Assembly: GCA_965208105.1 (NCBI GenBank)
Contig: OZ242318.1
Coordinates: 4,352,001 to 4,416,000, forward strand
Reading direction: 5' to 3'
Length of the DNA: 64,000 nucleotides
Source of the DNA: Candidatus Latescibacterota bacterium
GTDB taxonomy: Bacteria > Latescibacterota > UBA2968 > UBA8231
The position numbers and the translations under genes were made by a program. The notes under the pieces were generated by a model. That model worked only from the letters and a program-made list of their open reading frames with translations. It searched no databases and was not told the DNA's origin. Below are positions 1 through 8,944 of this stretch, one piece after another. Within the stretch, counting starts at the first letter, position 1, and every line of letters starts with the position of its first letter.

Positions 1-1
1 C

Positions 2-724
2 GTACGTCAGGTCCTGGATTCCGAGCTGTTGGAGGAGCTGAACCGGCATATCGACTGGCTCATCGAGCGGCACCCTGAGCTCGAGCCGGAGGGCCTCGGA
101 TGCCACCTGATAGCCGACGACCCCTTCTGGGTCCGTTTCCTGAGCGATCCGCATTTGCTGGATGTGGCCGAGGCACTGATAGGTCCCGACATCGCCCTTT
201 TTGCGGCTGACTATATCTGCAAACCTCCCAGAACCGGAAAAGGCGTACAGTGGCATCAGGACGGCCATTACTGGCCCCTTGAACCGCTGGAGGTCACTAC
301 CGCCTGGTTTGCCGTCACCGAATCTGTTCCACAAAACGGCGGCGTTCGTGTTATTCCCGGCAGCCACCTCATCGGCCTGCAGAAACATGCGGCAAAGCGG
401 GAAGATCACCTCCTGCTCAAAAAGGTCGATCCAGCTGTTGTGGACGAAAGCAAGGCGATCGATATCGAGCTCGATCCGGGAGACATATCGGTGCACCACC
501 CGCTGATTCTTCACGGCTCGGAGCCCAACACCAGTGACCGTTGGCGGCGGGGAGGATCTATTCAGTACATGCCGGCCACGACGTTGGTCACCAAGCAGGA
601 TTGGCCCTGCCTCTTTCTATTCCGTGGCGAGGCGGTGGACGGCATCAACGAATATCGCTCATGCCCGCCTTTCAACGCCGATCGGCACATGGAATTTCGC
701 GGCTGCGAAACCTGGTTGCAGTGA
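2..724 (+). CDS. Phytanoyl-CoA dioxygenase (PhyH) family Fe(II)/2OG dioxygenase, 5' end outside window
   Basis: WHQD (HxD) motif, distal HGSEPNTSDRWRRG; frame is open back to the window start. Confidence 0.9.
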   Translation, partial: VRQVLDSELLEELNRHIDWLIERHPELEPEGLGCHLIADDPFWVRFLSDPHLLDVAEALIGPDIALFAADYICKPPRTGKGVQWHQDGHYWPLEPLEVTTAWFAVTESVPQNGGVRVIPGSHLIGLQKHAAKREDHLLLKKVDPAVVDESKAIDIELDPGDISVHHPLILHGSEPNTSDRWRRGGSIQYMPATTLVTKQDWPCLFLFRGEAVDGINEYRSCPPFNADRHMEFRGCETWLQ

Positions 725-805
725 TCCTTTCCTATCGTTTCTTGTGCGCCCAGCTCCTACGGCTGCTCCGTCCCTGCGCTATCCCGTGCCAGGAGCGCCC
801 TGCGC

Positions 806-893
806 TCATGCGTGCCCCCACCTCTTTAAAGGTCCCGTCCCCGTTGTTCCGGTAGAGAAAATTCTGATGGATGTCATTAGCGACGTAAATGTC
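806..893 (-). pseudogene. Fragment of FG-GAP/CRTAC1 (ASPIC-UnbV)-type protein
   Basis: Minus strand reads DIYVANDIHQNFLYRNNGDGTFKEVG; abuts IS91 remnant 1. Confidence 0.65.
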
Positions 894-1026
894 TCCTCCC
901 TGCGCCCATCGGCTGCGGTGGGCGGTGGGTGACCCTGCTGGCGCGGGTGTTTTCCTCCGACCTCAGCGCATGCCCGACCTGTGGCGGGCGCCTGCGGCTT
1001 GTCGCCGCCCTGACCGATCCGGACCT
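893..1026 (+). mobile_element. IS91/ISCR-family transposase C-terminal remnant (copy 1)
   Basis: LLARVFSSDLSACPTCGGRLRLVAALTDP; close nucleotide match to copies at 3.5, 13.4, 14.4 and 18.2 kb. Confidence 0.8.
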
Positions 1027-1264
1027 CCACATTCTCTGGGTCGTGCGAGACCGGGAGTTCAAATACATCTATTTCGCCGACCCGGAGTTTCCGCCCATCC
1101 TCTTCGATCTGAGATCCGATCCCGACGAGTTGAACAACGTTGCAGGACTGGCAGAGTACGCCGCCATCGAGCTGAGCTGCTGCCACAAGCTGTTGCGCTG
1201 GCGCATGTACAACGAAGATCAGCGCATGGAACACTGGGCACAGCCGCTCCGCGAAGCGGATTAG
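1027..1264 (+). pseudogene. Sulfatase/phosphonate monoester hydrolase C-terminal fragment
   Basis: LWVVRDREFKYIYFADPEFPPILFDLRSDPDELNNVA is a typical sulfatase C-terminus; N-terminus absent. Confidence 0.75.
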
Positions 1265-1373
1265 CTGTTAGTGCAAAGAAGCGCGGATGGTCGCACCACT
1301 TGCGCAGCCGACAACACCGCCGCCGATTATGCAGACATCGAACTCCAACATTCGGTGCCCACTCTCGGGTTCG

Positions 1374-2237
1374 TTACTTGGTAAAGACCTTGTCTTCGAG
1401 GAGCCTCTGGAGTTCAAAGATGCCGCGGCCGGATCGGGGGTCGCCGGGGTGACGCAGACGAACGGTCATCGATTCGAGACGGACATCCTGCGTGGGTTCC
1501 CCACGGAGAGTGTTGGCGTTGAGGGCGTCCCAGTCTTTGCCACCGGGGATGGACCATGCGTCCGCAGCGGCGTACTCGTAGATCAGGAGCCGGCGGGAGC
1601 TGCTCGAGTTGTTGGCGGCCGAACCGTGCAGGGTTCGGGTGTGATGGATCGAGATGTCGCCGGCCCTAAGTTCGAGGGGAACCGCAGTGGAAAGGTCAAT
1701 GCCGTCGCGCTGAGGACTGATGCCGCCGATGAAAAATCCGTTCTGGTGATGATCGAGAACCGGGCCGTTATGGGAACCCGGAACGACCATCATACAGCCG
1801 GTTTCCTGAGTCATGTCTTCGAGGGCAATGCCGATGGCGCAGAGATCGCTGTTGGTCTGAGGATGATGGGCAAAGTCCTGGTGCCATTCCACAGGGGTGC
1901 CGCCGTTGCCGGGCTTGATGTTAATCTTGTTGCCCTGGGCGCGAATGTTGGGGCCGATGAGTGGGACAAGGCGGTCCAGGATGCGGTCGGAACGCATCAG
2001 GCCATCGAAGAGGGGATGGTAGGCGCTTGGGTTACCGAGGCGGCGGACCCGTGGACGTTCAGGGGTGTGGTCGGGTTCGAGGTCGTAATGTCCTGAGCTC
2101 TCCGTGACTGTGCGGCTTTTTTCAATGAAATCGTCAACGATGTCATTGGCTTCAGCCATTTCGTCAGCAGTGAAGATATTCGAGAGGGTGAGGTAGCCGT
2201 TTTCTCGGTAGAAGTCGATTTGATCCCGGGTGAGCAT
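1374..2237 (-). CDS. PhyH family dioxygenase
   Basis: MLTRDQIDFYRENGY start, WHQD, HGSAANNSSSSRR. Confidence 0.92.
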   Translation of the reverse strand: MLTRDQIDFYRENGYLTLSNIFTADEMAEANDIVDDFIEKSRTVTESSGHYDLEPDHTPERPRVRRLGNPSAYHPLFDGLMRSDRILDRLVPLIGPNIRAQGNKINIKPGNGGTPVEWHQDFAHHPQTNSDLCAIGIALEDMTQETGCMMVVPGSHNGPVLDHHQNGFFIGGISPQRDGIDLSTAVPLELRAGDISIHHTRTLHGSAANNSSSSRRLLIYEYAAADAWSIPGGKDWDALNANTLRGEPTQDVRLESMTVRLRHPGDPRSGRGIFELQRLLEDKVFTK

Positions 2238-2430
2238 AATGGCTCCTGGGTGATGGGGTGTGACCGACAGGGATTTACTTGCAATGTGGTACTATAATTA
2301 GGGCCTTTTTGTGTGATGAGCAAGTCGTGACGTCGCTGTTTTCGTCCCTTTGAGCTCCTTCCAAATCTTCGTACTATACCGGCACGCGATTGGGATTCAC
2401 CGAATTCGGCCTCTAAATCGCCGGAATAAA

Positions 2431-2865
2431 ATGCCAGTGAGTGAGACAGGAAGAAGGCTCGTGCTCGTCGGGGGGCAGGGTAGAGCTTGAGTCCTTCGAG
2501 GTACCCGAGCCGGGCTCGGGTCAGGTGCTGGTTCGTGTGCATCGAAGTCAGATTAGCGCCGGCAGCGAGAAGAACGTGATGGTAGAGGGACCGGGCGCCG
2601 ACGGGGGGCGTCCGATGGGATATACGACGGCGGGGCGTGTTCTGGCTGTCGGGTCCGGGGTGGACGATTTCAAGCCGGGCGACAGAGTGCTTGCCTTTGG
2701 AAACCACGGGTCCCACTGGCTGACCGGCCAGGCGACGAGTTCTGAGCTCCACGCGTCGATACAACCCATTGAATTCGACATCACCGATGAACAGGCCGCT
2801 TTTGCCGTGCTGGGGCGATGTCTCCCTCCACGGCGTGCGACGCGCGCAGCTCCAGATTGACATTG
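2431..2865 (+). pseudogene. Zinc-binding alcohol dehydrogenase (GroES-like N-terminal part), frameshifted and truncated
   Basis: EVPEPGSGQVLVRVHRSQISAGSE...MGYTTAGRVLAVGSGVDDFKPGDRV; frameshifts in G-runs; Rossmann domain missing. Confidence 0.75.
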
Positions 2866-3154
2866 CTGGGATTGCTGTTCGGCGAAGGCACTCTCGTTGA
2901 TACAACCATCACCTAGGCTCCCCTCCGACCAAGAATCGTGCCCGGCAACTAGATTTGGAATTGGCCTGAAAGCGCAAGCGGGAAGAGATCTCCAAGGAAG
3001 AGTGCATAGTGATGGGTTGGGTAGACAGGTACAAGGGAAGTCCCACTACGGCTGGCGACTGAGTAGTATGGAACACTATTTAACCTCAAGAACAACAGGG
3101 CTCGTGCTCGGGTCGAACATATTCCTCAATTCAGTAACCACAAGGCCGTGAGTG

Positions 3155-3381
3155 ATGAAATTTAACTACCTGATCGTCGCTTGGCGGAATATTTCGCGCT
3201 AAAAGTTATATTCATTTATTGCCGTATTTGGACTTGCGGTGGGCATGTCAACCTGGTTTGGTCACAGTTTACCATGGGTGCCATTCTCTTGGGAATAGCT
3301 GTCGCTTTCTTGCCGGTAGCATTCCATGCGGTAAGAGCGGCGGTCAGCAACCCAATAAATGACATCCGACTGGAGGAGTAG
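3155..3381 (+). pseudogene. MacB/FtsX-like ABC permease remnant with internal deletion
   Basis: N-terminus MKFNYLIVAWRNISR*KLYSFIAVFGLAVGMS joined to C-terminus VAFHAVRAAVSNPINDIRLEE. Confidence 0.7.
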
Positions 3382-3532
3382 ATGGCTATAAACCCCGACT
3401 GCCTAAAATTTGTTTCGGTCGAATGTGCGAATCTGTTCGCCAGATCCTTTTCAAGATCGTATAACTCAGTTGGTGTAGTTGAGATCGGGATTGTTGTTTG
3501 ATAAAGGCTCCTCCGAGGTTTGTTGATCTTTG

Positions 3533-3662
3533 CGGCGGACCGCGCTTCGAGCGCTCCTACCTGCGCCCATCGGCTTCGGTAGGCGACCTTGCTGGCGCAG
3601 GTGTTTTCCTTCGACCTCAGCGCATGCGCGACCTGTGGCGGGCGCCTGCGGCTTGTCGCCGC
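3533..3662 (+). mobile_element. IS91/ISCR-family transposase remnant (copy 2)
   Basis: cgcgcttcgagcgctcctacctgcgcccatcgg...; LLAQVFSFDLSACATCGGRLRLVAA. Confidence 0.8.
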
Positions 3663-3771
3663 GGTGCAGTGGTGCTTTATTGTGAAAACGCGCCCGGGTC
3701 TGCTGCCCTCGCCGGGCCCGGGCTGTCCATCAGGTTATCGATCAACCGATTCACTTAGGAGGACCGGACCG

Positions 3772-4614
3772 ATGCAGATCAGCTACGCCACCGCAGGATT
3801 CAAGGGCCCGCTCGATGAGGCCCTCGACGGGATCGCCGCCGCCGGGTATTCCCACATCGAGCTTTCCTCGCAGGAGGGGCACCTCGAACGGATCTTCACG
3901 AGCGGGGAGCTCGAGCAGCTGCGGTCGCGGATCGAGGGGTCCGGTCTGCGCACCGGCACCGTGCACGCGCCGATGATGCGCAACGTGCTCGGCGCCCCGG
4001 AGGAGGACTGGCGGCGGGAGAAGGCCGCCCTGCTCGGGAAGTACCTGCGCATGTCGGGCGCCCTCGGCGCCGGCGGCATGGTCATCCACCCGGTGCCGAA
4101 CCCGCGGTTCGTCGAGGATCCGGAACGCCCGGAGCTGACCGGAATCATGTCCGGGGCGGCGCGGCGCTCCCTCGACGACCTAATGCCGGTGGCGCTCGAG
4201 TCGGGGGTGCGGATTCTGCTGGAGAACCTGCCCTACCGCTCCCACTACCCGTTCCTGACCATGACGGAGCTGCGCGGCCTCGTCGACGACTACCCGGAGG
4301 AGGCGGTGGGGCTGGTGGTCGACACCGGCCACGCCTGGACCGCGGGGAACGACCCGGGCGGGGAAATCAGGGCCGCGGGCGAGCGCCTGTGGGGAACCCA
4401 TCTGCAGGACGTCGACGGCGAGGACCCGCAGGACAACCACTGGGCCCCGCTGCAGGGGGACCTCGACTGGGAGGCGATCCGCGAGGCCCTGCGCGAGGTC
4501 GGCTACCGCGGTTTCTGGACCTTCGAAGTGGCCACTCCCCGCCGGGGTGAATCGCCGGCCGAGCTGGCGCGGCTGACATACGCAGCGGCCCGGGAGCTGT
4601 CCCTTCACCCATAG
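3772..4614 (+). CDS. Sugar phosphate isomerase/epimerase (AP endonuclease 2 / xylose-isomerase-like TIM barrel)
   Basis: LLENL, DTGH, THLQD, NHWAP.QG..DW, TFE metal ligands; AGGAGG RBS before ATG 3772. Confidence 0.9.
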   Translation: MQISYATAGFKGPLDEALDGIAAAGYSHIELSSQEGHLERIFTSGELEQLRSRIEGSGLRTGTVHAPMMRNVLGAPEEDWRREKAALLGKYLRMSGALGAGGMVIHPVPNPRFVEDPERPELTGIMSGAARRSLDDLMPVALESGVRILLENLPYRSHYPFLTMTELRGLVDDYPEEAVGLVVDTGHAWTAGNDPGGEIRAAGERLWGTHLQDVDGEDPQDNHWAPLQGDLDWEAIREALREVGYRGFWTFEVATPRRGESPAELARLTYAAARELSLHP

Positions 4615-4660
4615 GACCGGCTGCAGCGTCGGCCGGACATGCTCCATCCGGAACAGCACC

Positions 4661-4686
4661 TACAACGGTGCTTGGAGCATTCCGGA
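4661..4686 (+). repeat. 26-bp micro-remnant of the IS91-like element's ori-proximal region (copy 3)
   Basis: tacaacggtgcttggagcattccgga is identical to 8177-8202. Confidence 0.7.
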
Positions 4687-4708
4687 CTGATATCGAAAGG
4701 AAAATCCT

Positions 4709-5791
4709 ATGGCTGAACCCAAAGGCGAAGCATTTCGCGTAGTTCACAAAACCAAATCCAAACATATCTATCGTGGCGCGGTCGTCGGCTGTGGCAGAAT
4801 GGGCAGCACGATCGATGATGAGCATATCGGAATGCCGCACTACCCCTGGCCCTGGGCGCACGCGCCTGCTATGATTGAAGCGCGAGGGGTGGACCTCATC
4901 GCCGCCGCCGATGTTGATCAAGCTAAATTAGATGACTTCAAACGGCGTTGGGGCGTCGAGGCTCTTTACACCGACTACCGGGAGATGGTCCAACAGGAAC
5001 AACCGGACATCATCTGCCTGACAACCCGTCCTGAACCCCGTGCGGAGGTTACTATCGGTTTGGCGGAAGCAGGTGTCAAAGCGATCTACGCCACCAAACC
5101 GATGTGCCGCACCCTTGCCGAGGCGGACGCAATGATCGACGCCTGCCACAAGCACGGGGTCATCCTCGCTATTGCATGCCACCTCAACTGGTACAGTTGG
5201 TATACAAACGCCCGTCAAGCAATCGCTGAAGGCACCATCGGCTCATTGAGATCGATGATCTGCCACAGTCCGTCCACCCTCTCAAATCTCCACAGCCATA
5301 CGCTCGCACTTTTTCGCCTATTTGCTGATGCACCGGCAAAGTGGGTTTTCGGGGTAATGGACAGTGACGAGAGAGCAGCAGGGGATAGCGATCTCTCGGG
5401 ATCGGGGTATGTCGTCTACGAGAACGGCGTCCGTGCTGTCATGAATACCCAAGTCGAAACTGCAGGGCACAACTGGACGCTCGAATTTATCGGCGATAAA
5501 GGGCGAATAATTACACGCAACGCCCATGCCCAGTTTGAGCTATGGAGTACCCATCCAGAAACAGGTAACCCTATTCAGTGTCAGTTTCCCAACCCTTGGT
5601 ATCCACGCAGCTCGATGGTGGATGCAATCGAAGGCGTTTGCCTATCCCTTGAGGCAGGAGAAGAGCGAATCTGTCCGGGTGAATTTGGCAGAGAGGTGCT
5701 GGAGATTGCCATTGGATTGCGCGAATCCCATCGCCGTGGAAATATTCGGGTCGACCTGCCACTGGAAGACCGCAGCCTCCGGATGGGCTAG
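4709..5791 (+). CDS. Gfo/Idh/MocA family oxidoreductase
   Basis: AVVGCGRMG, LYTDYREMV, TKPM in place of the usual EKP. Confidence 0.9.
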   Translation: MAEPKGEAFRVVHKTKSKHIYRGAVVGCGRMGSTIDDEHIGMPHYPWPWAHAPAMIEARGVDLIAAADVDQAKLDDFKRRWGVEALYTDYREMVQQEQPDIICLTTRPEPRAEVTIGLAEAGVKAIYATKPMCRTLAEADAMIDACHKHGVILAIACHLNWYSWYTNARQAIAEGTIGSLRSMICHSPSTLSNLHSHTLALFRLFADAPAKWVFGVMDSDERAAGDSDLSGSGYVVYENGVRAVMNTQVETAGHNWTLEFIGDKGRIITRNAHAQFELWSTHPETGNPIQCQFPNPWYPRSSMVDAIEGVCLSLEAGEERICPGEFGREVLEIAIGLRESHRRGNIRVDLPLEDRSLRMG

Positions 5792-5936
5792 CGCAGATCC
5801 CAATCATGGGAAGGCGCCATGATCAGGCACTGGACTGTCGCTGCCTTGATGACCGCACCAGAAACCGCAAGATGGTGCTGATGCGGTAGGCGGGGTAGAG
5901 CTCCCCGGCATTGGCTCAGAGCGATCCGGCAATCAA

Positions 5937-6473
5937 ATGCGAAAGGTCTCGATAATCGGCTGTGGCGGTACGGGGAAGTCTACCCTGGCCGTCGAACTGG
6001 GATCCCTGCTGAATCTGCCGGTCATTCACCTCGATTCCGTTTACTGGGGACCCGACTGGAAAAGGCCCCCGCCGGAGGAATGGCAACGCCGGCATCGGGA
6101 GCTTCTCGCACGCGAATCCTGGATAATGGACGGCAACTACGGCGGCACGATGAAGGAACGGATAGCCGCCAGCGACACGGTAATCCTGCTGGCCCTGTCT
6201 CGTTTCACCTGTCTTTTCCGGGTAATCAAACGGGGGTTAAAGGGCAGGGGACGCAGTCGTCCGGACCTGCATCCTGGCTGCATTGAGAAGCTGCCGGATC
6301 GCGAATTCCTCGAGTGGATCTGGGATTATCCGAAGACGCGTTTGCCAGGCGTATTGCAGCTGCTGGAAGGGGTCATGCACGAAAAGAGGGTCGTGATCAT
6401 GCGGTCCAATGCCGATGTGGCCAGGTTCCTTGACACTCTGGAGATGGGCAGAACGCAGGGTTCAACCCGATAG
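5937..6473 (+). CDS. Adenylate kinase-like P-loop protein (FlaR / topology modulation family)
   Basis: IIGCGGTGKST, IHLDSVYW, WIMDGNY. Confidence 0.88.
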   Translation: MRKVSIIGCGGTGKSTLAVELGSLLNLPVIHLDSVYWGPDWKRPPPEEWQRRHRELLARESWIMDGNYGGTMKERIAASDTVILLALSRFTCLFRVIKRGLKGRGRSRPDLHPGCIEKLPDREFLEWIWDYPKTRLPGVLQLLEGVMHEKRVVIMRSNADVARFLDTLEMGRTQGSTR

Positions 6474-6553
6474 AACAGTCACGGCACCACAGTTCTCTGC
6501 CCGTTGCCGCGTCGGTCAGTACTGGCTGGGCGCAGGATATTTTGCGCATACAG

Positions 6554-6590
6554 TTGATAATGGCGCATATACGAGCTATATTGCGTATAT
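6554..6590 (+). promoter_or_regulatory. Sigma70-like promoter of fic with overlapping inverted repeat
   Basis: TTGATA(6554)-N17-TATATT(6577); atatacg-N10-cgtatat at 6567-6590. Confidence 0.55.
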
Positions 6591-6618
6591 CCTTAGTTTG
6601 GGCAAAATCGAGGACACG

Positions 6619-8022
6619 ATGGCAAGGCGCATCAGGGAAGAGGACCTGCAGGCGATCGAGGAAGTCGTGCGGCCGTACCCGGAGGGCCGGACCGCACGGC
6701 AGATCGGTGATGCCCTGGCCTCGGCGCCGGCCCGCCGAACCCTGCAGTACCGCCTGAAGTCCCTCGTCGACGGCGGTCGCCTGATCATGGAGGGCAAGGG
6801 CCGCTGGGCGAGCTACCGCACCCCCCGGCGGATCTCGGAGGCGGCTCAGCCGGTCGCTTTCAGCTTTGCTACAGGCGTTGCCCGGGGGGAAGTCATACCT
6901 CCGCTGTCCGAAGCCGCGGCCGAGATCCGTGAGCATGTCCGCCAGCCGCTGGAAGCACGTCAGCCGGTCGGCTATGACCGCGCGTTCCTGGATTCGTACC
7001 GGCCCGGAGAAACCTTCTATCTATCGGAGGCGGAACGAGAACACCTTCGAGAAGTGGGCACGCCGAAGGTCCCCGGGCAGCCCGCGGGCACCTACGCCAG
7101 GCGGATCCTGAACAGACTGCTGATCGATCTTTCCTGGAATTCAAGCCGGCTGGAGGGGAACACCTATTCCCTGCTCGACACAACGCGTCTGCTCGAAATA
7201 GGGGAAGAAGCGGAAGGCAAGGAGCGACTCGAAGCGCTGATGATCCTCAACCACAAGGACGCCATCGAGTTCCTGGTCGATGGGGCAGAGGAAATCGGCT
7301 TCAATCGCTATACCCTTCTTAACCTTCACGCGCTGTTGGCGGACAACCTGCTGGCCGACCCGGAGGCGACGGGGCGTCTCAGGCATATCGGCGTGGGTAT
7401 CGCGGGCTCGGTCTTTCATCCGCTGGAGATGCCGCCACTCATCCAGGAATGCTTCGACCAGGTTCTTGCGGCGGCCTCGGCGATCCGCGACCACTTTGAG
7501 CAAGCCTTCTTCGCAATGGTGCAGATTCCCTACTTGCAGCCCTTCGATGATGTCAACAAGCGCGTGTCTCGACTCGCTGCCAACATTCCACTGTTCAAGG
7601 GGAATCTGTCGCCGCTGTCCTTCGAGGACGTGCCTCGCGACCTGTATACCGAAGCCATACTCGGAGTGTACGAGCTGAAACGCATCGAACTGCTGCGCGA
7701 CGTGTTCCTCTGGGCATATGGCCGCTCGGCCGCCCGTTACGCCGCAGTCAGGCAGTCCCTTGGCGAGCCCGATCCATTCCGGATGAGGCACCGCACGGAG
7801 CTGCGCGAGATCGTTGGCGCCGTCGTTCGCGGGCGCATGGACATGAAGCAGGCCGCCGCCCACATCAGCTCCTGGACACAGGAGCACATCGATGCGCGGG
7901 ATGGGGAACGGTTTCGCGAGATTGCCGAGCGCGAACTTCTGAGCCTGCACAAGAGGAACTGCGCTCGCTATCGGGTCACCCCGTCCGAATTCGAGGCATG
8001 GCAGGAAGTCTGGAGGGAGTAG
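6619..8022 (+). CDS. Fic family protein with N-terminal HTH-like region
   Basis: SWNSSRLEGN, Fic-like motif QPFDDVNKRVSR; GAGGA RBS before ATG 6619. Confidence 0.9.
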   Translation: MARRIREEDLQAIEEVVRPYPEGRTARQIGDALASAPARRTLQYRLKSLVDGGRLIMEGKGRWASYRTPRRISEAAQPVAFSFATGVARGEVIPPLSEAAAEIREHVRQPLEARQPVGYDRAFLDSYRPGETFYLSEAEREHLREVGTPKVPGQPAGTYARRILNRLLIDLSWNSSRLEGNTYSLLDTTRLLEIGEEAEGKERLEALMILNHKDAIEFLVDGAEEIGFNRYTLLNLHALLADNLLADPEATGRLRHIGVGIAGSVFHPLEMPPLIQECFDQVLAAASAIRDHFEQAFFAMVQIPYLQPFDDVNKRVSRLAANIPLFKGNLSPLSFEDVPRDLYTEAILGVYELKRIELLRDVFLWAYGRSAARYAAVRQSLGEPDPFRMRHRTELREIVGAVVRGRMDMKQAAAHISSWTQEHIDARDGERFREIAERELLSLHKRNCARYRVTPSEFEAWQEVWRE

Positions 8023-8312
8023 GGCTGCCGGCGGTGCCCGCGCCGAGGGCCCCGCCGCAGCCGCAGTTCGAGTTCGTAGCCTGACCTCCTCCGCTATTCG
8101 CTCCCTGCGCCGAGAGCCGTACGGGGGAGTGCGCCCTCGAGTACAAGATTGACCCCTGAAACGCGCCGAAATCCTTTACAACGGTGCTTGGAGCATTCCG
8201 GAACGATTCGGTGCGACGACCAGCGAGCCATCAGGGACCCTACCGGACCCTTGACAACGGTTTCAGCGAATGGCATAGTACCGATATCGGTGCCTTATTT
8301 TTCCTATACATC
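8011..8312 (+). mobile_element. IS91/ISCR remnant (copy 4): transposase 3' tip plus oriIS-like end
   Basis: EGVGLPAVPAPRAPPQPQFEFVA*, then ~230 bp shared with copies 5 and 6 ending TTTTCCTATACATC; TTCCTATAC resembles IS91/ISCR oriIS. Confidence 0.82.
8251..8279 (+). promoter_or_regulatory. Outward-reading sigma70-like promoter inside the IS end
   Basis: TTGACA-N17-CATAGT with TG extension; also at 13810-13838 (CACAGT) and 14857-14885. Confidence 0.6.
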
Positions 8313-8326
8313 TCAGAGGCCTTTGC

Positions 8327-8875
8327 ATGCACGAATACTCCGAAGTCTCATTCCATCCGTGGGTTGGGAGGGACTGTCTGCAAAGCCGATTCGGGTCCGT
8401 GTGCTAGTATTGGGTGAGTCTCACTACGGCGGGGATGATGTACCTCCGGACTTTACGTCGAAGGTCGTGGAAACTGGGACAAGAAACCCGTTACCCTTTC
8501 TTTACGGTCATTACCAAGATTCTTCTTGGAAACACAGGCTGGATCACCAATGAGGATCGCGCAGGTGTATGGGAAGACGTGGCGTTCTACAACTTCGTGC
8601 AGGACTTCGTAGGGAATCAGCCGAGAAACCGGCCGACCTTTCGCCAGTGGGTTGATGCTCAGGAGCCCTTCGAGACGGTGCTAGCAGCGCTTCGACCCCA
8701 TGCGGTGCTCATCCTTGGATCTGATTTGGCGGACCATATGCTGTTCCTCAATAGCGAACGGCAGTCCATTCGATATGGGCGACAGGAGGCCGAGGCTGTA
8801 GCCGGCATCATTCAACACCCCTCAGGGCCCATGAGATACAGCGAGGGTATACCGGCCTTCGAGAACCGGCTGTGA
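8327..8875 (+). pseudogene. Uracil-DNA-glycosylase-like fold protein, frameshifted
   Basis: FHPWVG / VLVLGESHY / VAFYNFVQ / LRPHAVLILG lie in different frames. Confidence 0.6.
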
Positions 8876-8944
8876 AGGGCTCGGGAACTAGGCGGGCCGT
8901 GACAGGCGCAGCCCTATGGCGACGCAACAGGAGTTAATTGGGAC

